From a virus (lineage: Duplodnaviria > Caudoviricetes), in IMG/VR virus record IMGVR_UViG_3300012878_000052, positions 1 through 41,107 of that record: 41,107 nt of DNA. One strand, written 5' to 3'. The position numbers and the translations under genes are program-made. The notes beneath the pieces are model-generated. The model had not been told where the DNA came from. It searched no databases and saw nothing but the letters and a program-made list of their open reading frames with translations. The stretch's first letter is position 1. Every line of letters begins with the position of its first letter. Below are positions 1-9,014 of the stretch, piece after piece.

Positions 1-408
1 ATGAGGCTCCCGGGTCGAAGCCTCTACCCTGCCTGCCTTACGTGACCTCCGCTGGACTCGATCTTAGGCCAAAAGTGGATACCAAGCCGATGGGTGGTGC
101 GCGTATGCGATCAAGCGTCATTGGGTGCAGCACACTTGGGCTTGTCGATAAACTGACCAGTAGGCACCACCATCACTTGGAGTCCTTCGGTCGTAGTTGT
201 CGCCTAGCCGATGCTGAGGCACTTCAGCATAAGTTGGCCGCAGCCGGCAAAATTACCATTTACGGCCCATAAGTGATTGAATCGCCTAGGGCGGCAAGCT
301 TCCTGAGGCCGCAAACCGGCCAACTTGTGCTTTAGGCTTTAGTACAAGCTGGCCGAAACGGCCAACTTATGCTCTCGCCCACACATGCGGCACTACGGGA
401 TGCTGATG

Positions 409-453
409 TGGTGGGCCCACCAGGATTCGAACCTGGAACCAAAGGATTATGAG
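409..453 (-). repeat. att site: displaced 3' half of tRNA-Ile2
   Basis: tggtgggcccaccaggattcgaacctggaaccaaaggattatgag matches 38253-38297 at 41/45. Identity ends exactly at the anticodon loop (CTCATAA). Confidence 0.95.
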
Positions 454-495
454 GCAGCTACCGAATCGAGTCGGATCAATGACATAGCCCTCTCC

Positions 496-560
496 ATTGT
501 TCCGGTGACGGCTCGTGAAACCATTGACCCGTAAGGCGCGGCGGCGCGGTTGTTCCGGTT
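496..560. promoter_or_regulatory. Candidate integrase arm-type sites (left attP arm)
   Basis: ATTGTTCCGGTG (496-507) and GTTGTTCCGGTT (549-560) match tandem 12-mers ATTTTTCCGGTC/ATTGTTCCGCTA at 38184-38207 inside the other end. IHF-like GATCAATGACATA at 475-487. Confidence 0.55.
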
Positions 561-570
561 GCTGGCCACC

Positions 571-846
571 TTAGAGAACGCCCTGGTCGCTTCCCGGACG
601 ATTGCGAAACCGCCTCACCCCTTCCCTACTCGGCACCTCTGGAAACAGCCGCGCAGCACACCAGCGTTCTGCATATCGTCTGGCCTGGTCGACGCTGGCC
701 GCCCGCGCGTGGATGACCTGCCACATCTTCAATGCGCACAGCGTCATCTGCGCGGATCCGTCTGGCTGCAGCACGACCACGGCGACGGATCGGTTGCCCC
801 AACGCAGATCCCAGCGGCCGGCGCTGTACTCCCACCCGTCGTGCAT
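571..846 (-). CDS. Hypothetical protein (91 aa), resembles small Xanthomonadaceae prophage-end proteins with a RYAERWCAARL motif
   Basis: Protein-like composition and GAGGG upstream of the ATG. Family resemblance is from memory only. Confidence 0.6.
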   Translation of the reverse strand: MHDGWEYSAGRWDLRWGNRSVAVVVLQPDGSAQMTLCALKMWQVIHARAASVDQARRYAERWCAARLFPEVPSREGVRRFRNRPGSDQGVL

Positions 847-1020
847 CGCAGTGCCCTCGATCGCTCAGCGAGTCATAGCTTAGCGGCGGGAGCGCCGTGG
901 CCAGCGCCGGTGATCGAGCACTGACGGCGGCTGCGCTGATAGAGGGTGAGAGCGCGGCGGCAGTGGGCGTAAGGGCCCCTTCGCACGTTTAATGGCAAAT
1001 ATTTGGATGCCCACCGGGAA

Positions 1021-1299
1021 CAGGTAACTTAGGTAACCACCCCTGAGAGAACCCGTATTTGTTCAATTTAATCAATAAGTTATATAGATATATCAAAGGT
1101 AATTTTAGGGTAACGTCCGGGTAATCTGATTACCTTTCCGTCAGGTAATCAGGGGTCTGAAAAAAGTCCTTATAAATCAATGACATTACTTGTCGCCAAT
1201 CTGGAAATTACCTCAAATCACCCAGAGAGGTAACCTCTGGAAAGCCTTGTGGCACTGGGCATTCCCTCGCTTTTCCGGACCCTGATTACCGCGTTACCT
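1021..1299. repeat. AT-rich iteron-like array (GGTAA[C/T]), candidate replication origin
   Basis: About 11 GGTAAY/RTTACC copies, mostly rightward on the left and leftward on the right. Perfect IHF consensus AATCAATAAGTTA at 1070-1082. Confidence 0.6.
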
Positions 1300-1494
1300 A
1301 GTTCCGGTGGGACTCCAAATAATTTGGGTCGGCCGAACCCTCGCTAGGGCTTCCTGGACGCGCATGCAAAGCAGGCCTTTGCCGCAGGGTTCCGCAGGTA
1401 TCGGGGCGCCCCCGCGAGGGCCGTCAGCAGCAGCTGCGGCGGCCTCCCGGGAGCTGCTGCAGGGGTGCGGAAAAACAGGGGGAAAAAGACCGCA

Positions 1495-1520
1495 GGCGTG
1501 GCGGGGCGACGACTGCGCGC
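1495..1520 (+). other. cos (cohesive-end) site, P2/186 type
   Basis: GGCGTGGCGGGGCGACGAC-TGCGCGC resembles P2 cos GGCGAGGCGGGGAAAGCAC-TGCGCGC and lies downstream of the portal operon as in P2. Confidence 0.85.
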
Positions 1521-1796
1521 GCCGGGGCCTGAGGGGTCCTGCCGGCAGCGATGGGGGCTTTCGCCACAGTCCCGGCCTCCCCTCGCGCTTCACCGCCCCG
1601 TCTGCCGCCGGACAGCCGCTCTGCGCCCCGCCCTGCCTTCGTCCGGACAGCGAGCGCGCCTGGCGTACGCTCGGCCGCACGTCGCCGCTCACGCGGACAG
1701 GCGCCATGGTGCTTGCATGCGCGGGAGTTGACTGACACCGTAGCGTTGGGGTTTTTCAGCTGATCGAAAGGTCGGCGCTTCGCGTGGGTGGACAAC

Positions 1797-1821
1797 AAAA
1801 AAGCCACCCGGGTGGGTGGCT
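1797..1821 (-). terminator. Rho-independent terminator
   Basis: Stem AGCCACCC-gggt-GGGTGGCT followed by a T-run on the minus strand. Confidence 0.6.
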
Positions 1822-1899
1822 GCATGTCTACCTGTCAGGAGATTTCAGACGTGGGCCGCCGGCGTACCATCGCGTACACCCACAGCGAGTGAGCAACAC

Positions 1900-2349
1900 A
1901 TGACCCAGGCGGACCCCAGCAACATCACCATCCAGATCAACCACGCCGAGCTACTGCTACCCACCCGCGACGATGAAAGGCCAGATCTGGTACTGAAAGG
2001 GCGAATTGTCAGTAACCTACGGATCGTTACCGAAGGCGGCGACGACGACATCTCCAGGTACACGGGAGAGGTGAGCATTACCCGTAGCGACGAAGAGCGA
2101 GATCACGTGGGAACTGCGTGGGTGGAGCACAAAACCAAGATCGTCGGCGCCCAGATTTTTGCCGGTGCTGAGTCCTTCGACCGCATCGTCGCTCAGCTTT
2201 CAGGCGCGCCGACAGAGCAGCAGATGCAGCTGGGCCTGGCCGGACTCAGCAGCACGGATGAAGAAGGCGGAACCTTGAATTGGCACGGCGAGGGCTCGAC
2301 CTTTGCCCAGTCGCTGCTCTCCGCCCAGCTGAGCGCAAGGCTCTTCTGA
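1900..2349 (+). CDS. Hypothetical acidic protein (149 aa), moron next to cos
   Basis: ATG at 1900 in ORF 1816-2349, opposite to the portal operon, flanked by hairpins. Confidence 0.7.
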   Translation: MTQADPSNITIQINHAELLLPTRDDERPDLVLKGRIVSNLRIVTEGGDDDISRYTGEVSITRSDEERDHVGTAWVEHKTKIVGAQIFAGAESFDRIVAQLSGAPTEQQMQLGLAGLSSTDEEGGTLNWHGEGSTFAQSLLSAQLSARLF

Positions 2350-2370
2350 CGGCGCCGCGTATTGCGTGCA

Positions 2371-2392
2371 GAAGGCCCCGTCAGGGGCCTTC
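2371..2392. terminator. Hairpin between convergent genes
   Basis: GAAGGCCCC-gtca-GGGGCCTTC between stop codons at 2349(+) and 2405(-). Confidence 0.6.
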
Positions 2393-2404
2393 CGTCTTCC
2401 TTCC

Positions 2405-3115
2405 TTACAGCGCAGCGACGCGCTCGCGCGCGACCTGGGCGTAGTGCTCAGTGACCTCGCACCCGGTCCAGGCAAAGCCCTCGAGCTGGGCGGCGACCAA
2501 GGTGGTACCGGACCCGGCGAACGGGTCCAGGATGCGGCCGCCCGCTTCGCAGATCCGCACGACCTGACGCATCAGCTCGGTAGGCTTGCCGGTCATGTGC
2601 AGCTTGTCGTCGCGGCGCACTCTGGCTTTGATGACGCCCGGCAGCGTGGGGGCATTGCGGTCCAACGGCATTCCGCCCTTGCTACCCCAGACGATGTATT
2701 CAGCTTGGTTACGGAAGCGGCCTCGCTGTGGGCGCACGCCCTCGGTCTTGTCCCACACCGTGATGCCCCGCCATGTGATGCCTGCGCACTGCAGAGCGTC
2801 CGTTGTCAGCGGCAACTGGCGCCAGTCAGTGAACACGCACACCGGGGCGCCGTCCTTTAGCAGGCGGGCGCATTCGGAGAGCCACATCGTCATCCACTGG
2901 AGGTGCGATCGCTGATCGCGCTCATCGCCCAGGAAGTCGGCGTGCAGCGCCGGCCGGCCACCCTGCGGGTACTTCGCGGATGGTGGCTTCTGCCGGGCGG
3001 CAGCGTTTACCCCACCACTTGCGTAGGGCGGGTCGGTGATCAACGCATCGAACGAACCGGCTTCAAGAGTCGGCAGCAGGGACAGGGCGTCGCCCTTCAA
3101 CAGCAGGTTTTGCAT
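2405..3115 (-). CDS. DNA methyltransferase (N6-adenine/N4-cytosine, beta class)
   Basis: TDPPY catalytic motif near the N-terminus, HMTGKP and LDPFAGSGTT SAM-binding motif near the C-terminus. Start could be 3133. Confidence 0.92.
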   Translation of the reverse strand: MQNLLLKGDALSLLPTLEAGSFDALITDPPYASGGVNAAARQKPPSAKYPQGGRPALHADFLGDERDQRSHLQWMTMWLSECARLLKDGAPVCVFTDWRQLPLTTDALQCAGITWRGITVWDKTEGVRPQRGRFRNQAEYIVWGSKGGMPLDRNAPTLPGVIKARVRRDDKLHMTGKPTELMRQVVRICEAGGRILDPFAGSGTTLVAAQLEGFAWTGCEVTEHYAQVARERVAAL

Positions 3116-3284
3116 GGCAGGAGCCTTCTTCATGTCGCTCGGGGCGAACTGAGGGGAGGCTCTCGGCCTTCATGTGATTGAGCGTGCCGCAGCGCGGGCA
3201 CTTGATTTGTAGCTCGGCGAAGCCAGAAGCCCGGGCCAGCAGCTTGGCGCATTCGCCGCAACGCAGATTCTGCAGGGAAGCCAT
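3063..3284 (-). CDS. com: Mu Com-family zinc-finger regulator
   Basis: LRCGECAKLLA...LQIKCPRCGTLN motif. ATG overlaps the portal stop (TGATG) and the ORF overlaps the MTase start. Confidence 0.85.
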   Translation of the reverse strand: MASLQNLRCGECAKLLARASGFAELQIKCPRCGTLNHMKAESLPSVRPERHEEGSCHAKPAVEGRRPVPAADS

Positions 3285-4294
3285 CACGCAGCCCCGCCCA
3301 AGGTCTTCGGATCGAACGGAGCGAACTGGATCACGTCGTCGCCGACCCAGTCGTTCACGCGCAGCATCCGGGTCTGCAGCGCGGCCAGCTCGGTCTCGCC
3401 CCAAACGGCATAAGCATCGCGGATGGACCCGAAGCCGCCAGCATTCTGCGGCACCACTCCCAGCAGCTGCGGGGGGATCCGCAGCGATGCCAGGACGTCA
3501 TCGCGCGTGACGCTCTTGATGCCCGTGAACTCATCCTTGGCCGCGACCTCGCTGACAGGAATCAGCTGCAGGCCGTCCTTCTTGCCGGCGGGCGAATGAA
3601 GGAACAGGTTGCGGAAATTGCCCACCCCACGGGTGCTCTTGAGCGATTCGCGCAGTGCATCCACGTCATCGTCATCGATCTGGTCATCGGTCAGGTACAG
3701 GATGAATCCCGCGTGCGAGCCGTTGTTGTAGTACTTGCGGCGGAACAGGGTGGCCGATTCGTTCAGCAACGCGGACTGCAGCGAGGCCATCCATTCGGGA
3801 AGGCCGTAGATCTCCTGGTTGACGTCGACCTCCCGCAGCTGGAAGACGGTGTCGCGCTCGAACTCGTGCTCATCCTTCCAGCCGCGGACCTGGAAGAACG
3901 TACCCGGCTCCACGCCACGCCGCATGTACTTCGCCAGCGGGGGCACCAGCGCCATCGCCGTGCCGAGGACCGAATTGCGGCGCTCGAAGTAGCCCATGCC
4001 GAAGTGCACCCAGTCCATGGAGAACTGCTCGAACGCCTCGCGGCTCAACAGGCGGTGCGGCTTGAAGCTGCGCACCAGCATGTTGGTCTTGAAGCGCAGC
4101 CCCGAGCCGAGGTACACGTTGGCCCTGGTCGCACGCGCCAGGCCGTCCAGCGACACCGGCGGCTCGTAGTAGCGCCCGTTCTGCCAGCAGTGCACATAGT
4201 CCAGGATGCCACCGGACTCCAACACCGGTACCGGATCCCCAAAGGTGAAGCTGACCATGCGAGAGGGTTCCGCGCTGGCGGCGACGTCATTCAT
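3284..4294 (-). CDS. Q: Portal protein (P2 gpQ-like, PBSX family)
   Basis: FTFGDP, QEIYGLPEW, LLNESATLFRRKYYNNGSHAGFILY, GGFG motifs. Confidence 0.96.
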   Translation of the reverse strand: MNDVAASAEPSRMVSFTFGDPVPVLESGGILDYVHCWQNGRYYEPPVSLDGLARATRANVYLGSGLRFKTNMLVRSFKPHRLLSREAFEQFSMDWVHFGMGYFERRNSVLGTAMALVPPLAKYMRRGVEPGTFFQVRGWKDEHEFERDTVFQLREVDVNQEIYGLPEWMASLQSALLNESATLFRRKYYNNGSHAGFILYLTDDQIDDDDVDALRESLKSTRGVGNFRNLFLHSPAGKKDGLQLIPVSEVAAKDEFTGIKSVTRDDVLASLRIPPQLLGVVPQNAGGFGSIRDAYAVWGETELAALQTRMLRVNDWVGDDVIQFAPFDPKTLGGAA

Positions 4295-6060
4295 GCGTTG
4301 ATCTCCAATTTGCTGCGCCGCGCCGCCGCGTGGGGGCGCTCAAGCGGTTCGTTTTGCAGGGCGTGGAACAGCGCCCAGGCAAGGTCGGCGTGGCCGGTCT
4401 CATCGGTACGCCCTGCCGTGTAGGTGATTTGCCGCTGGCTCTTGGTCATGGTCTTCTTGATGGCCATGATCGACTGGGTGAGGTCGTGCATGCCGGCGTC
4501 GTATTCGAGGCGACCGTTGCTGATGACGTCGTAAGCCTTCAGGACCAGCTTCGACTTGACCTCCGGCGAGTAGCTGAAGGTGACCAGGTTGGGGAAGAAG
4601 GTCTTGACGATCTGCGCCACGCCCGTACCCATGCCGGTGGTGTCGATACCGATGTAGGTCACCCAGTACCGCTGCGTGATCTTGCGGATGGCCTCGGCCT
4701 GCCCAGCAAAGTCCTTGCCACGGAATTGGAAGCGCTCCAGGACGCGGAACTTGCCGCCCTGCTCACTGGGCGGTGCCACAACCACCAGGCCGGCGGAGTC
4801 GCCGGTTTCGGCCGGGTCGTAACCGATCCAGACCGGTCGATCCCCGTAGGGCCTGTTGGCGAAGGGCCTGTAGTCGCCCGCCCATTCGACGTAGCTGTCG
4901 ACACCGCAGGTCTGCAGCAGACTGAGCGGGAAGACGCTGGCGCTGTCGTCCACGAACCCGCACATCAGAAGATTCTCGAATGCGTCCGCGCTGTATTCTT
5001 CGCGCAGCTCTTCGATGTCGAACAGGTCGCAGCCGCGCCGCTCAGCATCGAGAATGTTGACGATCTGCCGCCAGAGCCGATCCGGGCCCAGGCTCCCACG
5101 AGACAACGCGTCGTGTGAGACGTCGATCTTGATCCGCTTGTCTGCCGGCTTTCCTCGGTTGCGTCGCTCCCCGGTCCAGAAACTGTACGCCTGGTGCGCC
5201 ATGGTCGAGGGCGTGCTGAAGTAGGTCTTGCGCCATTTCTTGTGCATGGCCATGCCGCTGGCCACCTTGTTCAGCTCATCGAACCCATGCGTCCAGAAGA
5301 ACTCATCGAAATAGAAGTTGCCGTGGTAGCCCTGCGCGGTGCGGGCGTTGGTGCCCAGAAAAAACAGCTCTGCGCCGTTGGCCAGGACGATGCTGTCACC
5401 GCCCTTTAGATCCTTGTCGAGCGTCTCTCGGACGAAGGCCTGCATGTACCCACGGAACAGGTACGCCTGCGCCTTCGATGCACTCAGGAAGATCTGGTTG
5501 CGCCCGGTCTTGATCGCGTCGATCAACGCCTCGCGGGCGAAGTAGAACGTCGCACCGATCTGGCGGGATTTCAGGATGGCGCGTGTGCGCAGGTTGCTGG
5601 CCTTATACCAGTCCAGCTGGTAGTCAAAGCACCCGTCGACAAACGCCGTGGTCAGCCGCTCGACCTCATCTTCGCTGAACTCGTTGCGGCGCTCCTTCTT
5701 CTTGGGACCGGCGTTGCGGTTGGCCACGGCGGGGTTCAGGTCAGTCTCGTTGCCGCCGCCCTGGTACCGCTGGATGCGAGCCTGCCGCTCCAACTGGCGG
5801 TGCAGTAGATCGATTTCCTTGAAGTCGCCGCCGGTCTTACCTTCCTTCAGGATCAACTGCACCAGGCGCTGCTCTAGCGCACCACCGATGCGCTCCACAT
5901 TGTCGGCGCGGTCCCACTCGTCACGCGCCTTCCAGCTGTGTATGGTTTTCTCTTTCTCGCCGATGGCTTCGGCAATCTCTGTGACACGCCAGCCCATCCA
6001 GTACAGGAACTTGGCCTGTCTGCGGCTGTCGGTGGGAAGTTGGGCGGCGACGTCATTCAC
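4291..6060 (-). CDS. P: Terminase ATPase subunit (P2 gpP-like)
   Basis: AKFLYWMGW N-terminus, LKSRQIGAT Walker A variant, YFDEFFW, GYDPA, GHADLAWA. GTG start at 6060 inferred. Confidence 0.96.
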   Translation of the reverse strand: MNDVAAQLPTDSRRQAKFLYWMGWRVTEIAEAIGEKEKTIHSWKARDEWDRADNVERIGGALEQRLVQLILKEGKTGGDFKEIDLLHRQLERQARIQRYQGGGNETDLNPAVANRNAGPKKKERRNEFSEDEVERLTTAFVDGCFDYQLDWYKASNLRTRAILKSRQIGATFYFAREALIDAIKTGRNQIFLSASKAQAYLFRGYMQAFVRETLDKDLKGGDSIVLANGAELFFLGTNARTAQGYHGNFYFDEFFWTHGFDELNKVASGMAMHKKWRKTYFSTPSTMAHQAYSFWTGERRNRGKPADKRIKIDVSHDALSRGSLGPDRLWRQIVNILDAERRGCDLFDIEELREEYSADAFENLLMCGFVDDSASVFPLSLLQTCGVDSYVEWAGDYRPFANRPYGDRPVWIGYDPAETGDSAGLVVVAPPSEQGGKFRVLERFQFRGKDFAGQAEAIRKITQRYWVTYIGIDTTGMGTGVAQIVKTFFPNLVTFSYSPEVKSKLVLKAYDVISNGRLEYDAGMHDLTQSIMAIKKTMTKSQRQITYTAGRTDETGHADLAWALFHALQNEPLERPHAAARRSKLEINA

Positions 6061-6106
6061 CGCACTAGGGTCGCGTTCGCGGCCGAATTCATACACAAAT
6101 CAATGA

Positions 6107-6165
6107 CGTAGCACAGAGTTTTACAACTCGGCTGCGTTGCTGCTGTTTGTCGCTCTGCCGACCAT
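6107..6165. promoter_or_regulatory. Divergent Ogr-dependent late promoters (P and O operons)
   Basis: CGTA-N11-TACA (6107-6125) with -10-like GACCAT 34 nt to the right and GACCCT 34 nt to the left. Confidence 0.75.
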
Positions 6166-6217
6166 GGACCTGTTGAAGCGCGATCCGCGCACACGGCCAA
6201 AATCAGCAGAGGACACC

Positions 6218-7102
6218 ATGTCGGATCCCAAGAAGAAGTACCGCAGCAAGTTCTTCCGCGTTGCCGTGGAAGGCGACACCACCGATGGCCGTGTGATCGA
6301 GCGCGGCTGGATCCAGCAGATGGCCGCCAGCTACAACGCGGATCTGTATGGCGCGCGCATCAACCTGGAACACATCCGCGGCATCCTGCCCGACAGCCCG
6401 TTCAAGGCGTATGGCGACGTGCTGGCGGTGAAGGCCGATGAAGTCGAGATCGACGGCAAGAAGAAGCTGGCGCTGTATGCCCAGCTGGAGCCGACCGACG
6501 CGCTGGTGAGCATGGTCAACAACGACAAGCAGAAGATCTACACCAGCATCGAGGTGTCGCCCAACTTCGCCAAGACCGGCGGCGCCTATCTGATGGGCTT
6601 GGCCGTCACCGACAGCCCGGCCAGCCTGGGCACCGAGAAGCTGTCCTTCGCGGCCAAGCACCCCGACGCCAAACTGTTCGATGACCGCAAGCTGCACGCG
6701 GACAACCTGTTCACTGCGGCCAGCCAGGCCGCCATCGAGCTGGAAGAAGTCGGCGCCGAGTCTGCTGACCCGTCCAGCAAGCTCCTGTCGGGCCTCGCCG
6801 CACTGATCGAGCGCTTCACCGGCAAGCCCAATCCGGACCCCGCACCGGCACCGGTGCCTGCCCCCCAGGATGCCGGCCCGGGCGCGCAAGCGTTCGCCGG
6901 CGTGGCCGAGGCGCTGACCGGCATCGCCGACAGCATCAAGGCCCAGGGCGAGCAGTTCGCCGCGCTGCGCCGGGACGTTGATGAAAGCCGCGCTGAGTTC
7001 AACGCGTTGGAGCAGAAGCTGGCCAGCACCACGTCGCCGACTCAGCACTCCCGTCCGGTCGTCAGCGGCCGCACCGACAACGCCGCTGTGACCGACTGCT
7101 GA
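6218..7102 (+). CDS. O: Capsid scaffolding protein (P2 gpO-like)
   Basis: SKFFRVAVEGDTTDGRVI, YGARINLEH, YLMGLAVTDSPASLGTE, terminal TDC. RBS GAGGA before 6218. Confidence 0.96.
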   Translation: MSDPKKKYRSKFFRVAVEGDTTDGRVIERGWIQQMAASYNADLYGARINLEHIRGILPDSPFKAYGDVLAVKADEVEIDGKKKLALYAQLEPTDALVSMVNNDKQKIYTSIEVSPNFAKTGGAYLMGLAVTDSPASLGTEKLSFAAKHPDAKLFDDRKLHADNLFTAASQAAIELEEVGAESADPSSKLLSGLAALIERFTGKPNPDPAPAPVPAPQDAGPGAQAFAGVAEALTGIADSIKAQGEQFAALRRDVDESRAEFNALEQKLASTTSPTQHSRPVVSGRTDNAAVTDC

Positions 7103-7156
7103 CGCGAGCGCGTCTCGCAGTCGCATCGCCCTTTCCCTGCTTTCCGGAGACCCTCC

Positions 7157-8176
7157 ATGCGTAACGACACCCGCCGCCTGTTCACGGCATACCTGAGCCA
7201 GCTGGCCACCCTCAACGGCGTCGACAACGCCACCCATGTGTTCAACGTCGACCCGACCGTCCAGCAGACGCTGGAAACGCGTATGCAGGAGTCCAGCGAC
7301 TTCCTGGGCCGCATCAACATCATCGGCGTGAACGACCTCAAGGGTCAGAAGGTCGGCATCGGCGTGTCCAGCACCATCGCTGGCCGTACCGACACCACCG
7401 GCGCGGGCGAGCGCTCGCCTCGCGACGTCTCGGGCTTGGACAACCAGGACTACGAGTGCAAGCAGACCAACTTCGACACGGCGATCCGCTATGCCCTGCT
7501 GGATGCCTGGTCGAAGTTCCCCGACTTCCAAGCCAAGCTGCGGGACGCCATCGTCAAGCGCCAGGCTTTGGATCGCCTGATGATCGGCTTCCACGGCACC
7601 AGCGCGGCAACCACCACCAACCGCACGACCAGCCCGAACCTCGAAGACGTCAACATCGGCTGGCTGCAGCAGTACCGTGCCAACGCCGCTGCGCGCGTGA
7701 TGAACGAAGTGAAGCCCGGCTCCGGCAAGGTGGAAATCGGCGGCGCCGCCGGCGATTACAAGAACCTGGACGCGCTGGTGTACGACGCGGTGAGCAACCT
7801 GATCGATCCGTGGCATCGCAAGGATCCGGGCCTGGTGGCGGTTGTGGGCCGTGGGCTGCTGCACGACAAGTACTTCCCGCTGGTCAACGCCGACCAGCCC
7901 GCCACCGAGAAGCTGGCTACCGACGTCATCCTGTCCCAGCGCCGCCTGGGCGGCCTGCAGGTCGCCGAGGTGCCCTACATCCCGGATGGCACCGTACTGG
8001 TCACCTCGCTGTCCAACCTGTCGATCTACTGGCAGGAGGGTGGCCGTCGCCGTCACCTGGTCGAGAACCCGAAGAAGAACCAGATCGAAAACTACGAGTC
8101 GTCCAACGACGCCTACGTGGTCGAGGACTACGGCTTCGGCTGCGTGATCGAGAACATCGACATCGCCGAGGACTGA
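7157..8176 (+). CDS. N: Major capsid protein (P2 gpN-like)
   Basis: MRNDTR start, QESSDFLGRIN, RQALDRLMIGFHG, DVNIGWLQ, YESSNDAYVVEDY. Confidence 0.97.
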   Translation: MRNDTRRLFTAYLSQLATLNGVDNATHVFNVDPTVQQTLETRMQESSDFLGRINIIGVNDLKGQKVGIGVSSTIAGRTDTTGAGERSPRDVSGLDNQDYECKQTNFDTAIRYALLDAWSKFPDFQAKLRDAIVKRQALDRLMIGFHGTSAATTTNRTTSPNLEDVNIGWLQQYRANAAARVMNEVKPGSGKVEIGGAAGDYKNLDALVYDAVSNLIDPWHRKDPGLVAVVGRGLLHDKYFPLVNADQPATEKLATDVILSQRRLGGLQVAEVPYIPDGTVLVTSLSNLSIYWQEGGRRRHLVENPKKNQIENYESSNDAYVVEDYGFGCVIENIDIAED

Positions 8177-8180
8177 TCCC

Positions 8181-9014
8181 ATGGCCAACAGTCCCGCAAA
8201 ACGCCACCTCAGCCGCATCCGTGCGGCCGAGGAAGCCACCAGGCGCCATGGAGCGGCGCCTATGGCCGATGCCTCCGAGTACGAGCTGCAGATGATGCAG
8301 CTGCAGGACCATCGTGTGCGGCTCAAGCAGATCCAGTCGGACGAAGCCAAGGCCGTGTTCAAGGCAGGCATCCTGGCCGACTACGCCCCGTACCTGCAGG
8401 GCGTGCTGGCAGCTGACGTCGGCGGCGAGGATGAGGTGGTGACCACGTTGATGCTGTGGTGCATCGACGCCGGTGACTTCGCCCAGGCTCTGCCGGTGGC
8501 TGCCTATGCCCTGCGTCACGGTCTCAAGATGCCCGACCGGTTCGCCCGTAAGACCGGGTGTCTGGTGGCCGAGGAAGTGGCCGAGGCCGCGCTCAGGGCG
8601 CAGGTCGCAGGCACCGCGTTTGACCAGTCGATTCTGGATGCGACGACGGCGCTGACGGCTGACCACGATATGCCTGATCAAGTGCGCGCCAAGCTCTACC
8701 TGGCCGCCGGCCGCAGCGTCATCCGGGCCGATGATGTCAATGACAATCCCCCGCCGTTTGAACAGCTGCAGCAGTGCGTGGCCAACCTCAGCCGTGCGCT
8801 GGAGCTGGACACCAACTGCGGTGGGAAGAAAGACCTGGAGCAGGCCACCCGGCTCCTGAAGAAACACGCTCCCCCGTTGGCCATTGCCGAAGCACCGTCC
8901 GATGCAGCACCGGACAGCCGCGGCGAACACGGTACCGGCGCCACGCCCGGTGTCGAAGCTGAAGCCGGTACCGGTAGCACGCCGGCTGGTGACTGCGCCA
9001 ACGACGGGAGCTAA
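8181..9014 (+). CDS. M: Terminase endonuclease subunit (P2 gpM-like)
   Basis: SPAKRH, RLKQIQS, LWCIDAGD, DMPDQVRAKLY, GGKKD motifs. Confidence 0.93.
   Translation: MANSPAKRHLSRIRAAEEATRRHGAAPMADASEYELQMMQLQDHRVRLKQIQSDEAKAVFKAGILADYAPYLQGVLAADVGGEDEVVTTLMLWCIDAGDFAQALPVAAYALRHGLKMPDRFARKTGCLVAEEVAEAALRAQVAGTAFDQSILDATTALTADHDMPDQVRAKLYLAAGRSVIRADDVNDNPPPFEQLQQCVANLSRALELDTNCGGKKDLEQATRLLKKHAPPLAIAEAPSDAAPDSRGEHGTGATPGVEAEAGTGSTPAGDCANDGS

Noticed and set aside
42-272. 76-aa ORF left of att
   Set aside because: No RBS or recognisable motif, so it cannot be supported.
409-453. Second tRNA gene
   Set aside because: Only the 3' half is present, with no D-arm or 5' acceptor strand. It is the att duplication.
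1021-1299. CRISPR array
   Set aside because: Repeats are 5-6 bp, irregularly spaced and in both orientations. No cas genes.
1294-1825. Overlapping GC-rich ORFs around cos
   Set aside because: Low-complexity Arg/Pro/Ala translations. The region is explained by cos and flanking structure.
6203-8371. 722-aa minus-strand ORF, and similar long antisense ORFs (15126-16304, 17086-18753, 19629-20924, 24732-26195, 30563-32524, 34579-36246)
   Set aside because: Shadow frames opposite well-supported genes, expected from high-GC codon bias. No motifs.
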